Under the pieces are notes generated by a model. That model was given only the letters and a program-made list of their open reading frames with translations. It was not told where the DNA came from and searched no databases. From contig OY759724.1 in NCBI GenBank assembly GCA_963662715.1, forward strand, positions 960,001 to 992,000: a stretch of 32,000 nucleotides of DNA. The letters are read 5' to 3'. Position 1 is the stretch's first letter, and each line of letters opens with the position of its first letter. The translations under genes and the position numbers were made by a program. Below are positions 15,651 to 23,406 of this stretch, piece after piece. This DNA comes from Candidatus Omnitrophota bacterium (GTDB taxonomy: Bacteria > Omnitrophota > Gorgyraeia > Zapsychrales > JANLHA01).

Positions 15651-17777
15651 CTACGGCAATTCAATTTTAAATGCGGTACCCGTCCCTAACTGACTCGTCA
15701 CGGATATTTTGCCTCTATGCTCCCGGATGATATTATACGTATTGATCAAACCCAAACCGATGCCTTCCTTTTTTGTGGTATAAAATGGAGTGAACAAATT
15801 TTTCTGCTGCTCTTCAGACATGCCGCATCCCGTATCAGAGACAATAATCTGGTAGCGGGTATCTTGCAGCGAGGAATCCTCTGATGGTTTTTGCTTTAAA
15901 GCCGTCTGAACAGTTAATGTGCCTTCTTCCTCCATCGCCTGCACGGCATTTAATATCAAATTTATCAACGCCTGCCGCATCTGGTCGGTATCCACGGGGA
16001 CAGCTTCATGCAGTGCATAGCTTCTCTTCACCACGATCCGTTTGATCTCCAAATGATCGTTCAGAAGATCCAAGACCGAATCAATGAGCTCGTTCATATT
16101 TTTTTCTTTAAAATGCAAATGTACCGGCCTCGCCAGCTTAAGCAATTTATTCAATAAGCGCTCAATGCGTTCCATCTCTCGGGGAATCAAGGCATGGAAT
16201 TTTTCCCGAAAACCGTTTTCATGATACTTTAACGGGAGATACTCCATATACGTCTTAATCGCTGTCAAAGGATTCCGGATTTCATGAAACACTGAACTCG
16301 CCAACTGCCCGACATACGCCAGCTTCTCGGCTTGAAACAACTTTTCATGAGTGCGTTTAATATCATCATAAAACTGGGCATTTTCAATGGCCAGGGCCGA
16401 CTGGTTCGCCAACATCATAAACACGTGGAGATCATCCACGTTGAACGGCTTCCCGGAATTTTTATTACCCACAACAAGAACCGCGATCATTCTTTCATCC
16501 AAAAACATCGGGACAACCAGCTGTCCATTCATCTCTTCCATCTGGCAAATGACGTCCGTTAATGAATCATGCGTATCGTTGGCCAGCTGCCTTATCTCTT
16601 CCAATACAATTGGTCCACGCATTCTCAATAAATATTTAACCAGAGAAGAATCAAACGGCACATTTTGCACGACATCAGACAAAACCTCTTGAGGCTGGCT
16701 GACTCTAAAAGAATGTGTTTGTTCATGGCCAAGATAAATCCGGCAACTGGCTATGCGAACCTCTTCTTTAATAATACTTATAATATGCTCCAACAATTTA
16801 TTTAAATCCTTAATCCGGCCCATTTCCATGGATGCAGTACGCAACGTGGCTTGATAGCGCCGCTGCTCCTGAAACAGCCGGGCTTCCGCCTGCTTCTGAA
16901 TGTAAAGATAAACAAAAGGGCCGCCCGTGGCAAATAAGGCCATGCAAAATAATGGCGCCATCCACCAATCATCACCCAGCATGATACGTAATTTCTCCTG
17001 CCATCCAAAGGCAAGCAAAAAAGGTGTCCCAAGGATAAATGAATAAACAGCGATGAATATGGATGTACGGGTGATAACAACGGAAATGTCCATGAGGCGA
17101 AATTTGACAATACTATAAACAATAATACACATAAAAATTGTTGCGGGGATGAACCCAAGCGGAATGATACTAATACCATAATTGGGAATAAAATCTATAG
17201 AATTAATCGTAAAAATGCTAAAAGCAAACAGTATGTACTTAAGCTGTTCCTTGCGAATTGTGGGGCCTATCTTTTTCTTTTTAACAAAAGCCAAAGCAAT
17301 GTAAATCGAAGCCGCATTAACCAATCCGAAAAAATACAATAGGAACATTGGATGAGCCTTCCCGGCCCTGGGGTATCGCCCCCAGGAAAAAATATTAAGA
17401 CCATCAATGAGAATGTTGGAATTTAAAAGAATGATTACGAGAAGACCTCCTATCAGATAATTAAGGATCGAATATTCATACATCCTTTTTAACTTCAAAA
17501 AACACATTGCAAAATGAAAATATGTGATGGAGATAAAAATGACTCCAACATACCCAAGTTTAAACCAAAAAAGGGCCGTTCCGGCATCAACGGTCTTATA
17601 GGCTATGGAATAATTCAAACACCACACGGCAGCGCTCAGACAAACCAGAGAAAAGGAAATATTTACGGGGGATTTGGAATTTTTTATTATAAGGAAAGCC
17701 GCTAATGATATGAATAACAAAAAAGTTATTAAAGTGGTTAAAGATAATATATTCGCTAAGTTGCCTATCATGATCAA
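15651..17777 (-). CDS. Sensor histidine kinase (N-terminal multi-TM sensor, GAF-like domain, HisKA, HATPase_c)
   Basis: About 7 N-terminal TM helices. H-box ASSVFHEIRNPLTAI, N box LINLILNAVQAM, G boxes DTGCGM and GIGLGL. The track start 17777 is TTG; an in-frame ATG lies at 17771. Confidence 0.85.
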   Translation of the reverse strand: MIMIGNLANILSLTTLITFLLFISLAAFLIIKNSKSPVNISFSLVCLSAAVWCLNYSIAYKTVDAGTALFWFKLGYVGVIFISITYFHFAMCFLKLKRMYEYSILNYLIGGLLVIILLNSNILIDGLNIFSWGRYPRAGKAHPMFLLYFFGLVNAASIYIALAFVKKKKIGPTIRKEQLKYILFAFSIFTINSIDFIPNYGISIIPLGFIPATIFMCIIVYSIVKFRLMDISVVITRTSIFIAVYSFILGTPFLLAFGWQEKLRIMLGDDWWMAPLFCMALFATGGPFVYLYIQKQAEARLFQEQRRYQATLRTASMEMGRIKDLNKLLEHIISIIKEEVRIASCRIYLGHEQTHSFRVSQPQEVLSDVVQNVPFDSSLVKYLLRMRGPIVLEEIRQLANDTHDSLTDVICQMEEMNGQLVVPMFLDERMIAVLVVGNKNSGKPFNVDDLHVFMMLANQSALAIENAQFYDDIKRTHEKLFQAEKLAYVGQLASSVFHEIRNPLTAIKTYMEYLPLKYHENGFREKFHALIPREMERIERLLNKLLKLARPVHLHFKEKNMNELIDSVLDLLNDHLEIKRIVVKRSYALHEAVPVDTDQMRQALINLILNAVQAMEEEGTLTVQTALKQKPSEDSSLQDTRYQIIVSDTGCGMSEEQQKNLFTPFYTTKKEGIGLGLINTYNIIREHRGKISVTSQLGTGTAFKIELP

Positions 17778-17822
17778 AGATTCAAAAAACAGGGCCGGGG
17801 GACAACCCCTTTATAATCCTTT

Positions 17823-19232
17823 CTAAAAATAGCACATGTCATTGGGGAAGCTGACGTGAAAATTAACCGTCATAACTTTTGCAAGACTGACGCACAAAAA
17901 CAATACAAACAGGACAAAGCTGACGGCCCGGGCTTGCGTGTCTTTGATGTCTTGAATTCGTTCAAAAACCCTGAACATGGCAAAAGCCGCCAATATCATT
18001 AACAATGGTAAAACCATCAGGACGTACCGGGACTGATAATTCCCGTATAAAGAAAAAAACAGGAAAGAAAGCAGCCCGGTCAGTTCGACAAAAAGAATCC
18101 GGGGAGTTTTCTTTATTAAAGAGGAGAGAAAAAATGCCAGATAGGACAATATATAGAACAATGAAAATCCCGGCAATCTTTTCAGGTAAAAAAACACTCC
18201 TCCCTCCCGGCTGAAGGTGTACCGGTTCCAGGATGTTTCAGGGAAGTGAGAGAAAGACAAGCTGGACATAACGGGTTGGAACAATAAATAAACAAGGACA
18301 AGAAGCAATCCTATACGAATCCGTTTAAGAGTCTGGGGTGTCAGCTGAAATTTTGAACGTATATGCCGGATGCACCCCTTTCCTTTCTCCGGGAAAAACA
18401 CGCATACGCCGAGAGCCGCACAAGAAAGAAAAATCACTGAAAAAACGGGAATTGTTAAATGAATGCCGTGTTTCGTGAATATATTCTTAAAAAATCCCAA
18501 ACCGTAAACATTCAAATTCCAGATGATCCAGGGGACCAGCATCACCCAGGGGATGGCAAGACTTAGACGAAAACAAGAATTTTCATGCCATTCTCTGTCG
18601 AACAGACTGACATAAAAAATCACCGCCGCACACATGAGGATTCCGGGGTATTTTGTCAACACGGCGAGGCCGATTGCAAATCCCCCCCATAAGAACAGCT
18701 TGGGCCTAGCGGTCAGAAAAGCCCGCGCATAAAAATATACGGCTAATAACGCAAAAAAGGCCAGGGTTGTATCCAGCCAGACTTTTTGAGAACAAATAAT
18801 AGAAACAGGATCAATCGCTATTAAAAAAGCCGATAACAATCCGACTTTATCCCCCCCCAATAAAGACCCCAACAGGAAAGTCAAAGGAATCAGAAGACAG
18901 CCGAAAAGCAAAGGGATTAAGACAACGGAAAAAGTCGCCTCCTTAAAAAGAACAAGGGATGTTGTCAGAAGATAGGAAAATAACGGGGGATGCTTAAAGA
19001 GCGGATCAAACAAATAGGGCAGAAGCTTGTCCCTATTCTTTGAGCGGCTGATGTATTTGTTCGTATTATAAATAAGAGGATTTTCCTTTAGCTGCAGGGC
19101 AATGCTGTAAAAGGCATTTTCATCAATTGTGACACGGTGTGTCTTTTTATGATTATAGAAATTGGTTAAACGAACCGAGAAAGACAGGCAGGTTAAACCA
19201 ATAATAAGAATCCAAATGCCTTTTTTATCCAT
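17823..19232 (-). CDS. GT-C fold glycosyltransferase, family 39 / ArnT-PMT-like
   Basis: 469 aa and polytopic (more than 10 TM helices). First-loop acidic motif VTIDENAFYS and the typical ArnT/PMT_2-like hydrophobic layout (LAVLTKYPGILM). The family call rests on architecture and remembered motifs. Confidence 0.6.
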   Translation of the reverse strand: MDKKGIWILIIGLTCLSFSVRLTNFYNHKKTHRVTIDENAFYSIALQLKENPLIYNTNKYISRSKNRDKLLPYLFDPLFKHPPLFSYLLTTSLVLFKEATFSVVLIPLLFGCLLIPLTFLLGSLLGGDKVGLLSAFLIAIDPVSIICSQKVWLDTTLAFFALLAVYFYARAFLTARPKLFLWGGFAIGLAVLTKYPGILMCAAVIFYVSLFDREWHENSCFRLSLAIPWVMLVPWIIWNLNVYGLGFFKNIFTKHGIHLTIPVFSVIFLSCAALGVCVFFPEKGKGCIRHIRSKFQLTPQTLKRIRIGLLLVLVYLLFQPVMSSLSFSHFPETSWNRYTFSREGGVFFYLKRLPGFSLFYILSYLAFFLSSLIKKTPRILFVELTGLLSFLFFSLYGNYQSRYVLMVLPLLMILAAFAMFRVFERIQDIKDTQARAVSFVLFVLFLCVSLAKVMTVNFHVSFPNDMCYF

Positions 19233-19251
19233 AAAATCCCCCCCCTCTTTA

Positions 19252-19306
19252 GGGACCGGGTCCCTTCATCTTATTGAATTATATCAGGTTACTACAGAAG
19301 TGTCCC
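19252..19306 (-). repeat. Left terminal copy of the 55-nt composite repeat
   Basis: GGGACCGGGTCCC at 19252-19264, a 30-nt spacer, and cAGAAGTGTCCC at 19295-19306 (the reverse complement of GGGACACTTCTg). It overlaps the last codons and the stop of the transposase gene. Confidence 0.8.
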
Positions 19307-19787
19307 CGTAATTATCTATTTCTATCAATTCAGGATTACAGCCCTTCTCCTTATACTGACGATAACTACTCCACAAATATTCATCTGCATTTTTTACAAT
19401 CCCCGCTTTCACTGGATTATTGTGGATGTATTCTAAACAGTCATGAATATAACTTTCTTCCTCAATAAGCCTGCACTGAAATCTTCCCTGCCAAACATGG
19501 CCAATATAATTCTCAAGTTTTCTATAATTGAAACTAAAAGATAATAATATTTTCTGCATGATACATGATATGTTGTGCCGCCTGTTTGCCTCAATAATCA
19601 TGTGCACATGGTTATCCATAATAACAATGCCATATAATTTGAAACCTAACTGCTTTTTATATTTATTTAATTTGTTAATAAAAAGTCTCTTAAAGTTATG
19701 ATCTTTAAAAATTTTTCTGCGGTTGTTACCTCGAGCCATGACATGATATACAGCATTATCATAGTAAATTCGTGCCATTCTTCCCAT
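19284..19787 (-). CDS. IS200/RayT-type tyrosine (Y1, HUH) transposase
   Basis: HUH motif in IVIMDNHVHMIIE and the catalytic-Tyr helix DCLEYIHNNPVKAGIV. 167 aa. N-terminus YYDNAVYHVMARGNNRRKIF is typical of the REP-associated/IS200-like transposase family (PF01797-like). GGAGA SD. Confidence 0.8.
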   Translation of the reverse strand: MGRMARIYYDNAVYHVMARGNNRRKIFKDHNFKRLFINKLNKYKKQLGFKLYGIVIMDNHVHMIIEANRRHNISCIMQKILLSFSFNYRKLENYIGHVWQGRFQCRLIEEESYIHDCLEYIHNNPVKAGIVKNADEYLWSSYRQYKEKGCNPELIEIDNYGDTSVVT

Positions 19788-19801
19788 GCATCTTCTCCTT
19801 T

Positions 19802-19839
19802 CAAAAAAAATACCCCTTGGATATTTATCCTTGGGGTAT
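19802..19839 (-). terminator. Terminator-like hairpin immediately upstream of the transposase RBS
   Basis: On the minus strand: ATACCCC-AA-GGAT-AAAT-ATCC-AA-GGGGTAT followed by TTTTTTTT, then GAAAGGAGAAGATGCATG (RBS and start). Confidence 0.5.
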
Positions 19840-19936
19840 TTATAATTATGCTGATTTATTATACCAAAATTAAAGATAGATGACGATTATTTGCTAAACG
19901 CTCTTTGAATTATTTAACAGCCCTCCTGTAGATTCG

Positions 19937-19991
19937 GGGACACTTCTCCCACAACCTTATATCGCACATAATGTTAAAGGGACCCGGTCCC
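19937..19991 (+). repeat. Right terminal copy of the 55-nt composite repeat
   Basis: GGGACACTTCTC at 19937-19948, a 30-nt spacer, and GGGACCCGGTCCC at 19979-19991. The palindrome encodes the last residues (GGTGSL) and abuts the stop of the anti-sigma/vWA ORF. Confidence 0.8.
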
Positions 19992-22091
19992 ACCTTTGAA
20001 TTGAATTCCGCCTTCACCATATCCTCCGCCATCTTCATAGTAAATATCCTCATCAACCCGACGGTCCAGCTGCTGTGCCCGCCTCACCAAGTCCAGAAAT
20101 TCCCCGCGGTAACCATAAGGATCTTCCCCCCCGGCGCGCGCCGCCTGCTCCAGAACATGATGATAAGAAGCCTGGCCTTTAAACTCGGAATTCCTCAACA
20201 GCAATCCGAATTCCGCCACCGCCGCGGCAAACTGAAAATCCCCCTGCGGCGTATCTGCCATCTCCCCACTCCGGATAGACTGCTGAATCAGCCGGCTTTT
20301 ATGGCCGTCCGGCTGCTTATACCGCAGTTTCACGGTCATCAAGTCCTGGCTTTCAACCACCTGGTTCTGCTGGTACACCAAATCATCAACAGACCGGAAC
20401 GTTTCCGTTGACTCTGCCGGCACAATTTCATAAAGGGCCGTGACCGTGTGTCCGGCTCCCAATTCCCCGGCGTCTTTCGTGTCATCGTTAAAATCCTCTT
20501 TGGCCAGCATACGGTTCTCATATCCGATCAGACGATACGCCTTCACCTGCCCGGGATTGAACTCCACCTGAATCTTGACATCCTTGGCAATCGTAAACAG
20601 CGTTGAACCCAATTCCTGAACAAGGACTTTCTGCGCTTCCCGGTCCGTGTCGATATAGTAGTAATTGCCGTTGCCCTTGTTCGCCAGCTGCTCCATTTTG
20701 GAATCTTTATAATTCCCCATTCCAAAACCCAAGACCGTCAAAAAGATCCCGTCCTGTCTTTTATCCTCTATCATGCGGACCAATTCCGCATTGCTGCTGA
20801 CCCCGACATTAAAATCTCCGTCAGTAGCAAGAATCACCCGGTTGTTGCCGCCCTTTATAAAATTCTGCTTCGCGATATTATAAGCCAGTTTGATGCCTGC
20901 CCCGCCCGCGGTTGAGCCGCCGGCCTGCAGCCGGTCGATCGCGGATAATATTTTCTGTTTATAATGGCCCGGGGTTGACTCCAAGACTTGCCCCGCGGCT
21001 CCGGCGTACACCACGATCGCAACCCGCTCTTCCCCGGTTAATTGCCTGACGAGCATTTTTAGAGAAGCCTTAAGCAAAGGAAGTTTGTTAGCGCTGTTCA
21101 TGGATCCTGACACATCGACCAGAAAAACAAGATTACTAGGAGGGATTTCCTCTTCCTGATAAACCTTTCCCTGCAGTCCTATTCTGACCAATTGATGCGC
21201 CCGGTTCCACGGGCAGGCCGCGCCGTTAATCGTTATAGAGAAGGGGTCTTCCCCTTCCGGCTGCGGATAGTCATAGGTGAAATAATTGACCAGTTCTTCA
21301 ATCCTGACGGCGTCTTCCGGAGGCAGTTGATTATTATTAAGGAAGCGTCGCATGTTGCTGTAGGACGCTGTATCCACATCAATGGAAAACGTGGAAAGAG
21401 GGTTTTCCTGCACCGCCATAAACTGGTTCTCATAAATCCGGTCATATTCTTCCGTATGGAAAGCCGGGTTATACCTCCAGGATTCATCTTCAGCTGCATC
21501 GCCGTCGCCCCCCCAGTATTCCTGTTCAACGCTGATAATTTTCGACGGCGCAAGTCCTCCGGCAGCCTTCTCCCTCGTCCTTGCCGGAGAGTGTCCTTCC
21601 GTTTTCGTTACCGAATAATCCGTGCTCAAATAATACGGTTCGTACTGCCGGGTCTTTTTTCCGGCTAACTGCTGATACGGCCCCGCCGAAGTCTTGCCTG
21701 CGCTGTACTGATCGCCGATATCATCCGAAGCGCTCCTGATACGCCCCTGGATGCTTCTTTGGGCATACATTTGCAGCGATAAAATACCTATGATCAATGT
21801 GGCTGCAACCCCGCCGCCAACCGTCATCTTGACAAATGAACTTCGTTTCATCCCTGTATCCTCCCTCATCCCTTTAGCAAGAGCACTCATGATCTCATTC
21901 TCCAGATCAGGGGACAGGTCTTCTTCGGGTAATACGTCCAAAGCCTGATTAAGATTCCGCAATTCTTTATAGTAGGCAGAACAGGACTCTGACTCCTTCA
22001 AAAGAGCCTCAACCTGACTTTTCTCTTGCTCATTGACCTCGCCATCAATATAACGGGAAATTAATTCTTTTAATTTTTCATGCTCGTTCAT
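19974..22091 (-). CDS. Anti-sigma factor N-domain + TM + YfbK-like von Willebrand A (MIDAS) extracytoplasmic domain fusion
   Basis: N-terminus LISRYIDGEVNEQEKSQVEALLKESESCSAYYKEL is an anti-sigma N-domain without a full HxxxCxxC. One TM helix (VGGGVAATLIIGILSLQMYA). vWA N-terminal-like region (LSTFSIDVDTASYSNMRRFL). MIDAS motif LVFLVDVSGSMNS, with TDGD further downstream. The long C-terminal region resembles YfbK/DUF3520. The start overlaps the ECF sigma stop (ATGA) and follows AAGGAGGAG. Confidence 0.75.
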   Translation of the reverse strand: MNEHEKLKELISRYIDGEVNEQEKSQVEALLKESESCSAYYKELRNLNQALDVLPEEDLSPDLENEIMSALAKGMREDTGMKRSSFVKMTVGGGVAATLIIGILSLQMYAQRSIQGRIRSASDDIGDQYSAGKTSAGPYQQLAGKKTRQYEPYYLSTDYSVTKTEGHSPARTREKAAGGLAPSKIISVEQEYWGGDGDAAEDESWRYNPAFHTEEYDRIYENQFMAVQENPLSTFSIDVDTASYSNMRRFLNNNQLPPEDAVRIEELVNYFTYDYPQPEGEDPFSITINGAACPWNRAHQLVRIGLQGKVYQEEEIPPSNLVFLVDVSGSMNSANKLPLLKASLKMLVRQLTGEERVAIVVYAGAAGQVLESTPGHYKQKILSAIDRLQAGGSTAGGAGIKLAYNIAKQNFIKGGNNRVILATDGDFNVGVSSNAELVRMIEDKRQDGIFLTVLGFGMGNYKDSKMEQLANKGNGNYYYIDTDREAQKVLVQELGSTLFTIAKDVKIQVEFNPGQVKAYRLIGYENRMLAKEDFNDDTKDAGELGAGHTVTALYEIVPAESTETFRSVDDLVYQQNQVVESQDLMTVKLRYKQPDGHKSRLIQQSIRSGEMADTPQGDFQFAAAVAEFGLLLRNSEFKGQASYHHVLEQAARAGGEDPYGYRGEFLDLVRRAQQLDRRVDEDIYYEDGGGYGEGGIQFKGGTGSL

Positions 22092-22669
22092 GACCGCTCC
22101 TCCTTAATGAAGGAAGCCAAATGCCCTCTTAATTGCTCTTTAGCCCGGAAAATAAGGATTTTCACTTTCTCTAAAGAGCAATTAAGAATGACACTGATCT
22201 GCTCATAACTCATCCCATGATACTGCCGCAGAACAATCGCCTCCTTATATTCAAAAGGAAGCTTCTCCAGGGCCTGTAGCACATGCCCGGTTAATTCCCT
22301 TCTGGCCATGTCTTCCCGCGACAGCTCCGCGGTATCAGGGGGATCCCATTCCTGAAACCCGTCTTGGCCGGAAGAATGAAAGAAAAGGGAAGTTAAAACT
22401 TTGCGCTTACGCATCCTGCTGACGCATTTGTTCCTCGCAATGGTGTATACCCAGGTGGAAAAACGGACGTTCCTGCCTGGATCATAGGTACAGTCCTCGA
22501 TTAAGATCGTAAAAACATCTCCGGTGATCTCTTCGGCATCGGCCCGGTTGCCTAAAAGACGCAGGCAGAAATTAAACATACGGGTTTTGTATCGCACATA
22601 AATCATACGGATCGCCTCACGATCGCCGGAAAGATATTCGGTTATAATTTGTTCGTCGGTTTTTTCCAT
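22088..22669 (-). CDS. ECF (group IV) sigma-70 family RNA polymerase sigma factor
   Basis: Region 2 (NRADAEEITGDVFTILIE, FSTWVYTIARNKC) and region 4 (LPFEYKEAIVLRQYHGMSYEQISVILNCSLEKVKILIFRAKEQLR). 193 aa. Translationally coupled to the anti-sigma gene. Confidence 0.9.
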   Translation of the reverse strand: MEKTDEQIITEYLSGDREAIRMIYVRYKTRMFNFCLRLLGNRADAEEITGDVFTILIEDCTYDPGRNVRFSTWVYTIARNKCVSRMRKRKVLTSLFFHSSGQDGFQEWDPPDTAELSREDMARRELTGHVLQALEKLPFEYKEAIVLRQYHGMSYEQISVILNCSLEKVKILIFRAKEQLRGHLASFIKEERS

Positions 22670-22695
22670 GGGATGGCTGAACCTTTCATCCGTTT

Positions 22696-22722
22696 ATTCG
22701 CACGGCCGGAGCAAAAGTTACA
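22696..22722 (-). promoter_or_regulatory. Possible ECF-type autoregulated promoter
   Basis: On the minus strand: TGTAAC (22717-22722), a 16-nt spacer, CGAAT (22696-22700). It lies about 27 nt upstream of the sigma start. The AAC...CG(T/A) layout resembles ECF promoters. This is inference only. Confidence 0.25.
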
Positions 22723-22792
22723 AAAAATCCGCACAAAATCCTTAGATTTCCTAAGATTAAACAAGGCAATGAGATAGGCAACATGTACTATA

Positions 22793-22849
22793 CCAAAAAA
22801 CAAAGGGGCACGCAACGCCCCCCTTAAAAAGAGAACCGCTGCGTGCCCC
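22793..22849 (-). terminator. Rho-independent terminator after the TPR gene
   Basis: On the minus strand: GGGGCACGCA ... TGCGTGCCCC, a 10-bp GC-rich stem (22840-22849 pairs with 22805-22814), followed by TTTGTTTTTTGG. Confidence 0.65.
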
Positions 22850-22877
22850 GGAGCTATCCTGCGTTTTCCTTAATAAA

Positions 22878-23339
22878 TCAGTCTTCCAAAACCGCCAATT
22901 GATCTTCAGCGGCTTTGGCCGGGGCCCAGAACCAGGGCCCGTTGGGGTCCCAGCATTGCCCGTATGTATACTCTTCCACCAATAATTTAAAAACATCCCT
23001 GGCTTCTTCATCACGTCCCAATTCTAAAAGAGCCTTGGCTTTAATAAACAAACTGGTTGAAACATCGTTTAGGGCCCAGTAGTTATTATGGATGTCCTCC
23101 GTGTCCCCCGAAGGATAATCTTCCAATGTCGCCTGCATTTCTTTTGCTTTTTCAGCATAAAGTTCAATACATTTATCCGTATAAACAATCGCTTCCTTGT
23201 AATTCTTGCTGCCCAAAGCCCCCCAGGCTTTGACTGTCAAGGTTGATGATTTGTAATCCCCGAAATCCAGGGCAAAGGCTATTGAACTTACGGCGATACA
23301 ACAAAGCACACTTGCTAAAATGACGATCTTCTGTTTCAT
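22878..23339 (-). CDS. Small secreted TPR-like protein, unknown function
   Basis: Signal peptide MKQKIVILASVLCCIAVSSIAFA. Helical repeat-like sequence (NYKEAIVYTDKCIELYAEKA..., LFIKAKALLELGRDEEARDVFKLLVEEY). AAGGAG SD. Confidence 0.5.
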   Translation of the reverse strand: MKQKIVILASVLCCIAVSSIAFALDFGDYKSSTLTVKAWGALGSKNYKEAIVYTDKCIELYAEKAKEMQATLEDYPSGDTEDIHNNYWALNDVSTSLFIKAKALLELGRDEEARDVFKLLVEEYTYGQCWDPNGPWFWAPAKAAEDQLAVLED

Positions 23340-23364
23340 CTTTTTCTCCTTTTCTGAAAGTCCA

Positions 23365-23396
23365 CCGGCCCGGGGCCGAAAAAAACGCCGGGCCGG
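23365..23396 (-). terminator. GC-rich hairpin between the GH gene and the TPR gene (possible attenuator/terminator)
   Basis: CCGGCCCGG (23365-23373) pairs with CCGGGCCGG (23388-23396). On the minus strand the loop carries T7. An alternative short hairpin, GCCGGCCCGGC plus a T-run, starts 10 nt after the stop. The structure is ambiguous. Confidence 0.3.
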
Positions 23397-23406
23397 CCTT
23401 CCTGTT

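Larger units (their letters stand above)
19252..19991 (-). mobile_element. Y1/HUH transposase cassette bounded by 55-nt composite inverted repeats (REPtron / IS200-like unit)
   Basis: The left end (19252-19306) and right end (19937-19991) are inverted copies of palindrome + 30-nt spacer + GGGACACTTCT. They enclose a single very AT-rich transposase gene. See findings. Confidence 0.7.

Noticed and set aside
19292-19931. GTAG/CTAC tetranucleotides next to the inner repeat motifs, as in E. coli REP/RayT cleavage sites
   Set aside because: Their positions relative to the repeat are not symmetric: adjacent on the left end and 4 nt away on the other side at the right end. The tetranucleotide is absent from the solo copy. 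There is not enough support to call it a cleavage site.
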